From: Octopus vulgaris
Taxonomy: Eukaryota
Length of the DNA stretch: 64,000 nt
Direction: 5' to 3'
Assembly (NCBI GenBank): GCA_951406725.2
Contig: OX597815.1
Coordinates: 153,450,001 to 153,514,000, forward strand
A program made the position numbers and the translations under genes. This document shows positions 1 to 14,415 of this stretch, in pieces. Every line of letters starts with the position of its first letter. The first letter of the stretch is position 1. The notes under the pieces were generated by a model, which was not told the origin of the DNA, searched no databases, and was given only the letters and a program-made list of their open reading frames with translations.

Positions 1-2380
1 TACAAGATTCTGGAGAAAACACATCCATAAACTGTAAGAGTATTATTTCTGACTAATAATATTTAGATAGCATATAAATTGGGATATTCATAGAATAACA
101 GTTTGACATTATTTCTTTAGCACAGATAACAATAGATAATAAAGTCACTTAAAATCCAGATGTTGAATTTTAATGTCAGTATTAACACAATTTAGTGTTG
201 GTTGGTGTAACTGCAATTCATCATTTCCAAATCTCGCTTTTTTTCTTTATTGACATTGTTAAAATCCTTTCGAGAAAGATAGGAATGTCACTAATTTCTT
301 TACTTCCATCCATTCATGACTTCCTAATTTTGGCACAAGGCCAGCAATTTTGAGGGAAGGGTAAGTTGATTACTTTGACCCTGGTGCTCAACTAGTAGTG
401 TAACAATTTGACTAACTGTTGTACTAATGCAGGAAATCACTATTCTATACTTTTCAGTGAAAAAATTCAGAACATCATACAATCTCAGCATGTTGACTTG
501 ATTTTGCATAAAATTCCTTTGTGTTTTGAGACCAAATCTTACTGAAGGTATTTTTTATACTAGAATGGACCAATAAAAAGAATACTAGGCTGACTTGATT
601 TCCAATTCTTTATTCTTTCTTTTACTTGTTTCAGCCATTTGACTGTGGCCATGCTGGAGCACTGCCTTTAGTCAAACAAATCAACCCCAGGACTTATTCT
701 TTCTAACATTATTTTCAAGCCAGATTGTATTAGCTTTGAGTCTCTACATCTATACAGGAAAGTGAGATGGTTTGAAAGACAAGCTACTTTTTGATGGAGT
801 TTCTCTAGGTCTCCACTGAATTCTAATGTTGGCTCTGTACCGATTAGATAATACAATACTATATCAAAGAGAGGTTATCTTCATTACTTAGGAAAATAAC
901 CAGAGATGATGATAAAAAGAGAATCAAACAAGATCTAGAAAAGTCATACATGAAAGAATTTGAAATGGTGAAGACATGCCAGATTAAGAAGTTTATGAAA
1001 CTCAAAAGTCAGAGAATGAAAACTGAAGTTCATCACCCACCTGTGGAAGCAGTAATTAATCTAAGTAGCCGACATCTAGAAAGTTCTGAAGAAGCAGTAC
1101 TAAACAAAAGTCTCAACTTTGCAACAACCATCAAGCACATTCCATACTTGGACATAATAGCCCTTATTGAAGAGATAACTATAAAGATACCAAAATCTCA
1201 AGGAGATGAACTAAGGTGGAAAGTGAGACAGGTACTAGAAAAAGTGAAACTTCCCAAACCAAACATCACTAAGGAAGAAAAGTTCGCTATCAAAAGACTA
1301 CACAGTGACAATTCCATCATAATACTTCAAGCAGACAAGGGAAATGCTACAGTGGTGATGAACAAGTCTGACTACTCTGAAAAAATTGGCAAGTCTTATA
1401 AGTGATGGTAGCTGCAGCAGAGGAAAGAAAGACCCAACTCTGAAAACAGAGAGAAAGTTGTCACAGATCTTGATCAAGAACAAAGATCACTTTACACCAA
1501 TGAAGTACAGACAACTGACTCAACACTACAGTAAACTACTGCACATGTATGGTCTAAGATTCACAAGGATGCTATTCCATTAAGACCTATAGTGAGCTGT
1601 AGAGGTTCAGCATGTCATCCACTGAGCCACTTCTTTGTAGATATAATCAGTCCATTAGCAGGAAAGTCAACATCGTACGTGAAGAATTCCACTCACTTCA
1701 CAGAATTGATCAAGGATACCCCCATTGAATCCAACAAGATGGTGAGTCTAGATGTGATAAGCCTGTTCACCAAAGTCCCAACTGGTGATTCAAGACAAAC
1801 TAGTGAAAGACACCCATCTAAAAGAACGCACTAGTATACCAATAAAAAACCTGATGGAAATGTTGACCTTCTGTGTAGAAACTACCTACTTCAGTATGGA
1901 CACTGATATATATCAGCAAGAGGGTTTAGCTATGGGTTCACCATTATCACTGATAATAGCCAATATATACATGGAATACTTTGAGAATTTGGCTTTATGA
2001 TCAACACCACTAAAACCAACCCTATGGCTGTGATATGTTAATGAACCTTTATACTCTGGCCCCACCAGGAAGATGTCCAAGTGTTGTTAGATCATGTGAA
2101 CTCAATAAAGCCATCCATACAGTTCACAATAGAAAAAGAAAAAGACAATCAGCTAACATTCCTGGACATATTAATAACATGCACCAAGTATGGATTCAGG
2201 ACATCCATATACCGCAAGCCAACCTTCACTGGACAATACTTCAACTTCAATTCTCACCATCCATACAGCATAACGAGAGGGATTGCTCAGTGCCTAAAAC
2301 ATCGAGCAAAGAATATGAGTAGTGATCATGATATCCATCATGAAAAAAATGCTCAAGCTAAGTAACAATCTATTAAGTAA

Positions 2381-2721
2381 CGTGCTGAGACCCCCTTCAG
2401 TCATGACTGACCATGAGATTGCACCTAGAAAGTTATCCTCTGAGGCACAAGTCCGGGTAAGATTTTTTATAGAAGACTAGTAGTCGCCCATGCATACCGG
2501 CCTCTCCTCTCCACGCCACCAGTGTTATCGAAGGAAAAGGCAAAGGCCGATACAGCTTGGCACCTGTGACATCACAACTCATTTCTACAGCTGAGTGAAC
2601 TGGAGCAACATGAAATAAAGTGTCTTGCTCAAGAATGCAACAAGCAGCCCAGTCCGGGATTCAAACTCACAACCTCACGATCATAAGCTTGATGCTCTAA
2701 CCACTGAGCCATGTGCCTTCA
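2381..2721 (-). mobile_element. tRNA-derived SINE inserted in the PLE
   Basis: Minus-strand head GTGAAGGCACATGGCTCAGTGGTTAGAGC...GAGTTTGAATCCC; interrupts PLE coding sequence; degenerate flanking duplication CTATTA(A)G[T/C]AAC. Confidence 0.85.
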
Positions 2722-3311
2722 CTATTAGCAACTACCCCAAAAGCATACTCTCCACTCTAATTATGAAGAAAAGAGAGGGTGAAACCAATAAACTGTCCAC
2801 TGTCTGTCTACCCTATGTGAAAGGCCTCTCAGAAAAGATACAAAAGATATGAGGCTCATAAGACATCAGGACAGTATTCAAGAGTAACACAACACTTTGC
2901 AAATATCTCCGAGTAAAACCACCAATAGAAGAGAATATGACCAAAGACTGCATGTACTCCATCCCCATGCAGCTGTGGTAGGTTATACAAAGGCGAAACA
3001 TTCCACACCCTCAAAATAAAGGTAGACGAACATCGCAAAGCTGTGAAATGAGGAGATATTGATAAATTGGGTATAACTGATCATGTATGGGAAAATGGAG
3101 ACCACCTCCCCCTGTGAGATGAAGTTAAAATAATAGACAGAGAACACCAGTGGAAAATACGAAAACTAAAAGAAGCAACACATATGCTAGGACACAACAA
3201 CCTCCTAAGAAGACGGAGTGCAGATATGAGTAACATATGGGAACCAGTATTAAGGAAGGATAGGAAAATATTAGATTTATAAGCCCTAAAATTCACTCCA
3301 TAGTTACCTAC

Positions 3312-3384
3312 GGGCATATAGTGTAGTGGTTAAGGGTGTGGGCTACTAACCCCAAGATTCTGAGTTCGATGCCAGGCAGTGACC
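3312..3384 (+). other. tRNA-like Pol III promoter module in the PLE 3' region (not a functional tRNA)
   Basis: A-box TAGTGTAGTGG, hairpin GGGCTACTAACCC, B-box GAGTTCGATGCC; a partly deleted copy sits at the same position in the 19-kb element. Confidence 0.75.
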
Positions 3385-3448
3385 TGAATAATAATAATAA
3401 TATCGAAAAATACCTTAGGAATGAGAACCCAGGTTCAAAATTTTCACC

Positions 3449-3493
3449 AAGACACTTTATGAAGGCTGGAGGGTATATCAGCCGAAATGTGTT
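3449..3493 (+). ncRNA. Degenerate minimal type I hammerhead ribozyme (core mutated to TTTATGA)
   Basis: aagacac-TTTATGA-a-ggctg(gagggtatat)cagcc-GAAA-tgtgtt; homologous to the intact-core copy at 19057-19105. Confidence 0.65.
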
Positions 3494-3687
3494 AACAAAC
3501 AAGATAAGGACAAATATCCGTCAAATGTAAATAATGTACATAATTCCTCATCTCTTAAATGTAGAACTTATTCTTTGTAAGCCTAGTACTTATTCTATCA
3601 GTCTCTTTTGCCAAACTGCTAGGTTACAGGGATGTAAACATACCAACATTGGTAGTCAAGTGATGGTAGGGGACAAAGACACGAATA

Positions 3688-3719
<32 letters not shown>

Positions 3720-6113
3720 CAATGAACTTCTTTCAGTTCCACATACCAAATCCACTCACAAGGCTTTGGTCTGCCCAAGGCTATAGCAAAAAACACTTAC
3801 CCAAAGTGCCATGCTGTGGAACTGAACTCGGAACCATGTGGTTGGGAAGCAAGCTCCTTACCACGCATCCACTCTTGCACCTATGCCTGACATTTCAAGT
3901 TAAGTTTTTTCTAAAAGAGAGATCATTAGTTTTAATATGTAAAACTAATTTTGCTTATTATCCACAAAAATACCAAAAAAAAAGAAAAGAAAACTAGCCA
4001 TGTCAAAAGAAACCTTTATAAGAAATCTTACCATTATAAATAAAAAAAATAATATATTCATAGGCATGGCTATGTGGGTAAGAAGCCCACTGCCCAACCA
4101 CATGGTTTCAGGCCCACCCCCACCACATGGCACCCTGGGCCACCACTAAAGAGCCTTGTGAATAGATTTGGTACACAGAAACTGAAGTGTGTGTGTGTAA
4201 ATAGGTTTGTGTCTTCCTGTCCTGACAGTGTCAGACAGCTACAAACAAGCACCAATGTCACACAAGCAGCGTCATCTGCCTCTAATATTTCATGAAAACA
4301 TGTTCAGTCATGGGGAATACCATCTTGCTTAAAAACAGATGTGAGTATCTGGCTGTAAAAATTCTGCCTCAACAAGCTCTGTCCAACCCATGCAAGCATG
4401 GAAAAATGGACATTAAAATGGTAATGATGTTCATTATACTAACGAAATATCAGACTCTTTCTATTTTCTTCTCCATCACTTAACTATCTATATACTTTTG
4501 TTTTCTTTATAAAAGTAATTTGGTTGTAATTTCTTAATTGTCTTGAAAAAAAAAAAAAAAAAGGAAAGACTTTTTTTTAATCAAAAATAAAAAACACCAA
4601 AAAAATCCAGCTGAATGAGAAAATTGCTAGCATTCTTTATGCTTAAATGCAAAGGCTAAAATTAGTATGTAATATATAATTACTGGACCATAATTATATT
4701 TTGGCGGAAAACAATTTATGTCAATTGTCAGGCAACAATGACTGAGTTGGAAATTGGAGTTTTTAGATAGTATGTCTTGTTTAACCTTAGCTCAACCCTA
4801 ACTAAATAGGCCTATCATCAAAAGCATTCTAGCCAGAAACATCCTGTCTTTCTAGGGACCTCTGAGACCTTATTCAATAAGCCCTTCCAATTTTTAACAT
4901 GATAGGATGTGATTTAGAAGGAGATTCAGCTGCTTCTTCATTGCCTTGTTGGTTATATTAAGAAACTCAATGCTATTGCTTCTTCTATTTTAGTTTAATT
5001 ATAGAACTATAAAATTGAAACGAAAAAAAGGAAGAATGAAGGAGTGAATGGAGAAGGTGGACGAGTAGTAGGGTGAGTGCTCAAATGTCATATGTGAGTG
5101 GGAGTGAACAAGTGGATAGGTGTGAGAGAAAGAGAAGGCAAGGGAAAAACGAGAGAGGGAGAGAGGTAGATGAGAGAGCTCAAGTGCATGAATGAATGAG
5201 TGGGTACTAGAGTTTGTGTGCGTGTGTGTGTGTATTTGATACTGACTATAATTTTAGCAGCTTTTAATTTTCATTTTTTTTAATTATTGAACAAGTGGAT
5301 TTTAGTTTCTGTTACTATACAAATATTAATCAGTAACACAGTTTGACGGTCGTACTTCCAGTATGCTTCACACACATTCTCTGCATGCATGGTTTCAGAC
5401 CCAGAGTGGCAGTGCTGTTGAGTTTTCATCATATTACCTCAGTATGTTTGTTGTTGTTTAGCCCAGGTTGACACTAATGATTAAAGCTATTCCAGCTGTA
5501 ACCCCCTCCATCGTATTTCCAGAGACAGTGTACATAGAAACATTTTTTTTTTAATGGTAGGCTTAGATTTGAAAGAGATTTGGCTGCTATTCTAGTGGGT
5601 CAAGCAATGAGAGAGGTTGGTCCATCAAGCTGATGGGTTGTAGCTTTGGTTATGTATGGCATCTCAGTTTAACTGTCCAATGAGGCTCGGTCACTTGCCT
5701 TAGGAAAGGCTTACTGTGAAACTTCAACTGCCAAATCTTGACTTGTTCATGTACTAGTTTTATTTCAATCAGAATTGATGTTGTCATGTACTTCCAGATA
5801 TATTTGAGATTTTAGGAATGGTTTTACAATTGTTTTATTTTAGGCGTTTTAGTAAAGAAAGCTGAAGCCTTTAAAAGTGTGTGTGTATCAGGTTAAACAG
5901 ATAAGTTTGTTCCATTTCCTGTTTATTTTAATCTATTTGAACAACATTTGAATTAACATAAACATTTTTATTAAAGTGCTTTATGTTCGTTTTTGTAGCT
6001 ATATTCTTCCTGTGCAACTTTTGTTTGTTTTTAAAATTTGAAAAGATTTTACCTCTTTCCATACATATCATGGAGTGCTGAGTACAACAAATAATAAACT
6101 AATCTGATAACCC

Positions 6114-6145
<32 letters not shown>

Positions 6146-9100
6146 CACACACACACAGAGGCATGGCTGTGTGGTAAAAAGCTTGCCCCCCAACCACGTG
6201 TTCCAAGTTTAGTCCCACTGCATAGCACCTTGAGCAAGTGTCTTCCACTACATCCTCAGCCAACCAAAGCCTTGTGAGCAGATCTGGTAGACAGAAATGG
6301 AAAGAAGCTCATCATATGAGATTTGAAAACACAACGCCTAATAACCTAACGGTATATCTTTTCTACTCCTCTGATGGGATTTTGCATAATACAATGATTT
6401 AATTATTGTAATTTAATCTTTTAGGCTAAACTGAAACTGCTGTAAGAGAATAGGTTAGTTTTTTGCAGATAATAAATTATATTAATGCTATATCTCCATT
6501 ATATGGTTGGAAAATTTTCTTATGCAATGTTTCTTTGCAATAATGGCAGCTAATTCAAAGAGGTATCCAACTGACATACCAGTGAATTGGATGTTTAACA
6601 CCCCTTTGAAGGATTTCTTTTCCTCAGTTTGTTACTTTGTGTGTGTGTGTGTGTGTATTTATGCGTGTACCTTTGTATCTGTGTTTGTCCCCACCACCAT
6701 TGCTTGACAACTGATGTTGGTGTGTTTATGTCCCCATAACTTAGTGGTTCAGAAAAAGAGACTGACAGAATAAGTACTTGGCTTACAAAGAATAATCCTA
6801 AGGTCGATCCTTCGACTAAAAGGTGCTGCTCCAGCATGGCCCCAGTCAAATGACTGAAACAAAAATATATATGCGAGAGAGAGAGAGAGAGAGAGACTAC
6901 CAGTTTATATTGAATAAAAAGAAGAAATCTGATCAGTAAAAAAGCATGATAGAAAACATAATTAGATTTGAATTAAGTTTTCAATACCTAATTACCCTGT
7001 GCCTTCAATGAGCTGATCTACATTTACAAGCACAAATATAATAGTAATTTACATAGAAAATATAATTAAAAAAGATAAAATATATCTTTAAACAGGAATA
7101 AAAATTTACACACACACACACACAGAGGAAAAAGCAATTCATTTTAACATTTTATGTTGTAAGACGCAATGTTATACATAAATATAATGTAGCATAAGGT
7201 AACTGTCGTAACTTAATATTTTCTTCCTAATTTTAGAAGGAAACTTTAATAAATCAAAGACCAGACCTAGGTTGAATTAGCAGCCATTATTGCAAAGAAA
7301 TATTGCATAAGAAAATTTCCCAACCCAGATTTGGTAATACTTCACAATTAATGATCCTACTACTATTACTAAAATTATCATTATTATTATTATTATCTCA
7401 ATGATGATGGCCAAGGTCAACTTTGCCTTTCATCCTTTCGGGATGAATAAATTAAGTACCAGTCAAGTTCTGGGGTTGATATAATCGACTCTCCCCCTCC
7501 CCACAAATTCCAGACCTTGTGCCTTCAGGAGAAGGGATTATTATTACTACTACTATCATCAATTTTTCTTTAGAATTTGTGTCATTGTGGTCAGCTCTTC
7601 CTTTGTAGATATATTTGAAAAGAATAAGTGTGTGTGTGTGTGTGTGTGTGGTAAGATCATTGAGTAAAAACATGCAGCCATGCAAAATAAAAAGAAAAAG
7701 AAAAAAGAAAAGAATAAATGTGTAATTACTTCTCTCACGAAAGGGAGCCTAGACATTTGGTCAACTAGTTGCAAATATTAACCATATTATACTAGTCCAG
7801 CTATAACTATCATGGTCATTTTGTATGCTTCCTTGGCCGACTGGTTTATATCTTAATATTAATACAACTCAACAATCTAGCAGTCATGGACTGAAATGCT
7901 GATAAAACATAGAATTACATTCTTCATTTATTCTTTGCCGCCACTCTTGATAATTAAAACAATCAACTGTAATGTTTTTTGTTGCTTTTTTTGGGGGGGA
8001 ACCTGCTATAAAGTAACAGAGGGCCAATTAAGTGGCAGAAATCAACATACTTATTCTCACTATTGCCTTATTATCCTAGAGGTAATTGCAGCCTGCTTAG
8101 CCTATCCTTTATGGTAGTGTATGTCAAACAACAAAACAAATACTGTGATATATATTATAAATTATGATTAGCAATTCAAAACATTTTTTTCTTTTATACA
8201 GTTTTGTTGACTGAATGATTAAGGACTTGAATTATGGAATTTGGTATATATTAGGCTACCAAAGTATAAACTTGTACAAACTTGTAACAAAAAGTGGTCT
8301 TTATGCTTGTCTCACTGTGTTGGTAATAAATAGCCTCATGTTGCATATATTCAGAACAGTCACGGAGATCACAATGATATATTATTGTCACATGAGAAAA
8401 TTTGATTTAGCCACATAAAGCACAGAACTACTTGAGTCACTGAGGAACCAAATCTCCCTTAATGGATCCTGATAGTCATAATCTTTAGAATGGGAACCCT
8501 TAGTGTCCAATCCTAAATCTGGACACTGCTCATACTAAAGTTGGAGGAAGGTTTACATGTAACATAGTCAGTTGTAGGTTTCATCAAGAGTATGACGGCA
8601 GAGCTAACTGGGATTACCTTACAAAAATTAAGTCCCTAGTTGTATGATTTAGTGGTCCAAATGCAGTTCTTCTCCATTCTTAGCAAGTTGTTGCAATAAG
8701 AAATGTGTGCTTCCTTACCCAGTATCTAAACAGTGACATTACTAAAATAATAATACTAAATGAAGACATGTTAACTAAAAGACTAACATGTACTCTTCAA
8801 GTAATGGGCACAAGTGTAGTTAAGTGGTTAAGAAGCTCACTTTGCGACTATATGGCACATTAGTGTGTGATACAACTCCTCAGATCAACCAAAGCTTCCT
8901 GAAGCAAATTTGATTGACAAAAATTGTTCAAGAGCCTATAGGAAGGACCATTCCTGTTTTTTTTGTTTTTTGTTTTTTGTTTATTTGTAGTAGTAGACTC
9001 AAACTATTGATTAGTTTAGCACAATTATCTGATCTAGTTTAGCAAAATCCACTTTGTTGCCATGACTCTGGTCTAAAGATGACTTGTTCCCTGTCCTCCC

Positions 9101-11545
9101 ACCCCCAATTACAAAGGGTTGGGAAACAACTATGCATTGTTCAGCCTCCTGTGACTAATCCATTAAAAAAAGAGAAGACCCACATCAGAGAAGTGTTTGT
9201 ATGCATGAGATAGTGTGACAACTGTTTATACACCCATGTACCTTAAGCCACAAGCAAATGTGGCTCCTTTCACTAACTTGTAGTAATTCAATTACCAAAA
9301 CAATACAGTCTAGATCACAACTGTGTGGACTTCGCTTTTGCCTCATCTACTGCTAATACAACAGTCTCAGATTCCTTTCAACTAGTTAATTGAACAACTT
9401 CTCCATACAAGCCCAATCCATCTCTTTTACTACTCTTACTGTATTTTAACTGAGATGCTGTATAAAATATTTTACCCAATCCTTCTCCCCTAGAATTCCT
9501 TGGAAATTCACCCAACCCCAACCTCTCCAACACTTTTCCTACAAACATACAACTGAATATTAACTACATTAGTTTCACTAGTCTGAGAGAGACTAAAGGC
9601 ACCTTCTTTCTCTCAACTTATCAAACAGAATATTGAAATAAAATCTTTTACCACTTCAGTTCCTTAAATATCATTAATAATGTAAAAGATATTAATATTT
9701 GAAGGAACTTTCTAAAGAAAAGAAATGGCAATACACATCAAATGCTAATAAAGCAGTCATTTAATAGCTTTTAATTAATGCATTTTTACTATCTTTGTCC
9801 AACCAGATCTTATAATAGCTACTATACACAGACTGAGCAATATTATTTGAATCAAAGAATTTGCAATTAGAGCCAGTGGAGTGATGCCCCACCCACCCAG
9901 AAGATACTACACTACAAACTTGATAAATTTCCTGTTGGAGAATTGAACAACTTGCTCTTTTAATGAGATATTCTTAATTGAAATGTTGGTTTAACAAATA
10001 TTGTCCATTTTGAAAAATATATGAAAGAAAATCATTATTATTATTATTATTGCCATTGTTATTAAGGCAGCAAGCTGGCAGAGTTATTATGGGCAAAGTG
10101 CTTAGTGACATTTCTTCTAGTTATTTATGTTCTGAGTTCAACTTTGCCATTCATCCTTTTGGGGTTGATAAAATGAATGTCACTTGAACACTGAGGTTGA
10201 TGTAATTGACTCTTGCTGGTCTGGTGCCAATATTAGAATTATTTTACATTAAAAACTGGAGAAAGCCAGTACTCAAAGCTCTTACAGATGTACACATACT
10301 GTCAAGATCAATGTGATTGTTGTTTAGCTTGAAATTTCTGAAAATTGATATCACCATCATCATCATCATGCATAATTGTGGAGAGTGATGCATTCCATGG
10401 AGAAAAGTTTTGGTAAAGCATTTAGTGCAGATTTTTTTTGAGAGAGAGAGAGAGAGAGAGAGGAAGAGGCAGTGCATTAGGTAGCACACAATTTACTAGT
10501 TCAGAAAAAGCAGAAACCATTATAAAAGCAGAAGCGAAAACAGAAAAAGAATAAAGCACGTCAATATGCTAGTGGGTATAATGTATTGGTGAGCAAAAGT
10601 TTATCAATCAGATGAACAGCTTGGAGGAGGGGGTGGTCGTTTAACTTAGTATTAATAAGTAACAGCTGCTCTGTAACATATGTGAAGAATACATCTGTTA
10701 GAGCTTGCACTTGTGCCTTCTTAGTATAGGATCAGCAGATAATCAGACATGAAGGTTAGTGCTTACACTTGTGCCTTCTTAGTGTAGGGTCAGCCGTTAA
10801 TCAGATATAAAGCAGTTTCAGGTTTGAGAAGATATTCTTTAAAATGCAGTTAGTTATATATGGTCCACATCATCTCTTAAGCTCACCCTCTCATACCTTG
10901 AGAGTTCGCTCTGTCGCCCCTCCCCCCCATCACTACCATTTTCTCAGTTGCTCACCCACCTTTTATAATGTGGAATAGCCATGTGGTCTTCCTCTATAGC
11001 AAGACACCCGTGCTTGTCCCTCAATCACACTTTAAACTTGCAAAAGCTGGTATAAATATTCCTCCCACCCAGTAATGTTCAAACTACCACCCCAAACACT
11101 TTTTTTTTTACCTTGCAAGTTACATGGCAATCTCACAAGTGCAAATGGCATGAAAAAGGCGCCCAGCACACACTGTGAAGTAGTTGGCATTAGGAAAGGC
11201 ATCCAACTGTAGAAACCGTGCCAAAGCTGACCCAGAAGCTTGGCACAGCCCTGCTGCTTACTCGAACATGTTAAACTAACAAACCCATGCTAGCATGGAA
11301 AATGGATGTTAAATGACGATGACGATTATTAGAAAGAAAGAAATGCAGAAGACCAAAGACTACCAATATATGAAACAGTGCTTGTGGATTTGTGGTTGCA
11401 GTGATTCTTTTTCTATCATTCAAATGGTTGTCTTTCAGATGTGGTCAATATTTCAATGATTTTTTTTTTTCAGAGAACTGTCAATTAACCAGACCTGAAA
11501 TATTTTCTAGTTTTGAAGAAGAAGCCTAGACACTGGATTGTTTTA

Positions 11546-11594
<49 letters not shown>

Positions 11595-14372
11595 ATAATA
11601 ATTTAATGTCCATTTTCCAAGCTGGCAAGGGTTGGATGGTTTGACCAGAGCTGGCAAGCTAGGGAGCTGCACCAGGCTCCAGTTTGTTTTGGCATGGTTT
11701 CTATGGCTGGATGCCCTTCCTAATACCAACCACTTTACGGAGTGTGTTGAGTGCTTTTACATGGCATCCCATGGGCACTATCATAATTTAATATCCACTT
11801 TTCCATACTTGAATGGGTCAGACAGAATTTGGTGAGCCAGATTTTTTTTATAGCCAGATGCCCTTCCTGTCACCAACTATAACCAAGCAAGGTAATATTT
11901 TCCAAAGGCCAGACATGTTATCCATAGAACACTGGAAATAAACAACACATGACAATGACATTTGTTTACTACCATCATGTGATGGTAAGACACATATGGG
12001 TTTCTTTCAGTTTCAGACTACCAAATTTATTCGCTAGGCTTTGGTCTACCCAGAAGTATAGAAGACACTTCCTCATGCGACAGAGTAGGACTGAACCTGA
12101 ACTCACATAGTTGGGAAGTAAGCTTCTTAACCACACACACACATTATATATAATTTAATCTAATTTAATCTAATATATATATGCTATAAGAGTAGTCTCG
12201 GAGGGATGCCTTCTTAAAAGAATGGTTTCAGTAAAGATTTTACTACAGAGTTTCCTGGGAGAGCAAGTTTAATTCAGAAAAGCAGAAACAAAATCAGAAA
12301 TAGGACACAGCACATTGATAAGCCATGAAATCCTCATAGTTACATCTAAATATGTAGCTTCTTGATGGCTTTAGTTGCTTACAGTTCAAACATAGAAAGG
12401 ATATAGGTTTTCTCCACATGTGTAGTTGCTGCATTCTAATGACTGAAGGAGGCCAGATTTTCATTACAGTTTGTGTTTGATGTGAGGTATCTAATTTGTA
12501 TGTTTATGCTACCTGTGTGCAAAAAAAGCCAGAAATCCATATTAAAGCTAACATTGGCTATAAAACACTAAACCCAACAGCTGAGTAAATAGATAAAGTA
12601 TATAACCTGGAAAGTACCTCACCATCGTTGATATGTGTCCGTTCTACTATATTACACTCCAGCATCTACAGATTGCTGTTATTCTTTTGGGTTAAAAAAA
12701 CAGAAAGGGCAAAAGAATAAAATGAGAAATTTATCAATGCTGATGAGAAATGAATTATAGGAAAGCTGAATTAGAGAAAGTAAAAACAAAACATAAAAGT
12801 ATTGATATAATTATTTCCTTGCAGTATTTCTTCCAGTTCTTTGTGTTCTGAGTTCAAATCCTACCAGGGTCAACTTTGCCTTTCATTCCTGTCAAGTAGT
12901 GGAATGAAGAGTACTGACTAACTTCTACCCTCAAAATTGCTGGCCTTGAGTCTATATCAGAAACCATTATTATTAAACTTGTTTCCTAAACACCTTGGGT
13001 CTTACTATAGTCCTAGGCCAACCTAAGCCATCATAGGAAAAGGAAGGACTATGGCTACTATAGTACTAGATGTAGTGGGTTTTTTTTATCTTTTTAATTC
13101 AGTATTGTACTGCAGCCATACTGGAGCATTACTTTGAAATGTTTAGTTGAACAAGCCAACTTCATCACTTACTTTTGAAGTCTGGTACATATTCTATTGA
13201 CCAAACTATTAAGTCACTGAGACATAAACAAACCAACAGCAGTTGTTAAGCAATGAATGGTGGACAAACACAAAGATGCACATGCACAAGATAGACTTCA
13301 ACACCGTTTCTGTCTATCAAATTTAGTCACAAGGCATTGGTTGGCCTGAGGCATTAGTAGAAGACCTTTGCCTAAGGTGCTGTGCAGTAGGGCATTTAGG
13401 GTTCAATGTGAAACCATGCGGTTGCAAAGTGAGCCTCTTAACCACACAGCAATGCCTAAAATGAGCCTTTGATTATAGTTGTATTGGATCACAGCTGACA
13501 CGGGACTGAAAACCATGTCTGAGAAGTAACATTAAATAGGATCTTCTTTTACACAGCGATAGTCTTTTTTCTCAACATCTGCTTTTATTATCAAGAAGAT
13601 GATATAGGTCTTCATTACAGCTAGCCTCTAGTTCATATTGTTTTATTGTATGTTACTGGCAAAGTGTGGAAATAATGTCATGTGACTATCACAGGCTGTT
13701 TGAGGCTGGTGAAATCAATAAAGTAAATGTTCAGCTTGAACATCAGTAAATCAACACCTGCAAGAAAAACATGGGTAGGGAGAGAATACCAGAGAGATGG
13801 ATAAGAAAAAGGGAAGTAAAGCAAAGTAAGACCCATAGACATTAATGCCTTGAGTCCTAGAACTCATGGGGTCAGTTACTCAGTTTCCATGGTGTATAAG
13901 TGACCAACATCATTAACATTTCCTTTGAACAGGACACCATTGCAGGATTAACTAATTTGCAGATGAGTGGACTGGAGTAATGTGAAATGAAGTGTTTTGC
14001 TGATGATATGTAACAAGCTAGTGCAGTGGAATAGAAGTCATTAGAATAGAGAGACAGAGAGAGAATGCAGAGAGAGAGACAGACAGAGAAAGAGAGAGAA
14101 TTATGTGCATAAATAAAACTGCTTGGTTTTAATATATAAAATACATATACATGTACACATGTAAATAGAAGGAAAGCAAAGAGAACATTTCCTGAAGATG
14201 ATTAATCAAGTATAAAAATAAAGATATTTATATATTAATAAAGAAAATTGTGGACTTGGTCCCTGGTAAAAATATAGGAGTGTAGGTTCAAATCATTTAA
14301 GTGCTACGAAGTGTTTTCTATATTAAGAATCTCTGGACCTCATCTGTTGACTGTATATATAGTGATGATGAT

Positions 14373-14412
<40 letters not shown>

Positions 14413-14415
<3 letters not shown>

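Larger units (their letters stand above)
703..3565 (+). mobile_element. Penelope-like retroelement (Penelope/Poseidon-like), 5'-truncated and degenerate: RT, GIY-YIG endonuclease, and 3' tRNA-like and hammerhead module
   Basis: Frameshifted fragments ADKGNATVVM, SLDVISLFTKVP, GLAMGSPLS, degenerate YVDD, FLDILI, YRKPT, CLPYVKGLSE; GIY-YIG-like KDCMYSIP..CGRLYKGET at about 2940-3000; 11-bp TSD ACTTATTCTTT at 692-702 and 3566-3576. Confidence 0.92.
617..3885 (-). mobile_element. Major tRNA-derived SINE split by the PLE (pieces 617-702 and 3566-3885)
   Basis: The two pieces join into a sequence colinear with the intact copy at 43706-44105. Confidence 0.88.

Noticed and set aside
197-280. Minus-strand frame DFNNVNKEKKRDLEMM as a FAM219-like exon
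   Set aside because: Only vague charge similarity, a poor acceptor and no good donor before the stop.
12623-12665. Candidate minus-strand exon MLECNIVERTHIND with GTGAG donor
   Set aside because: Weak acceptor and no recognisable homology; could be chance.
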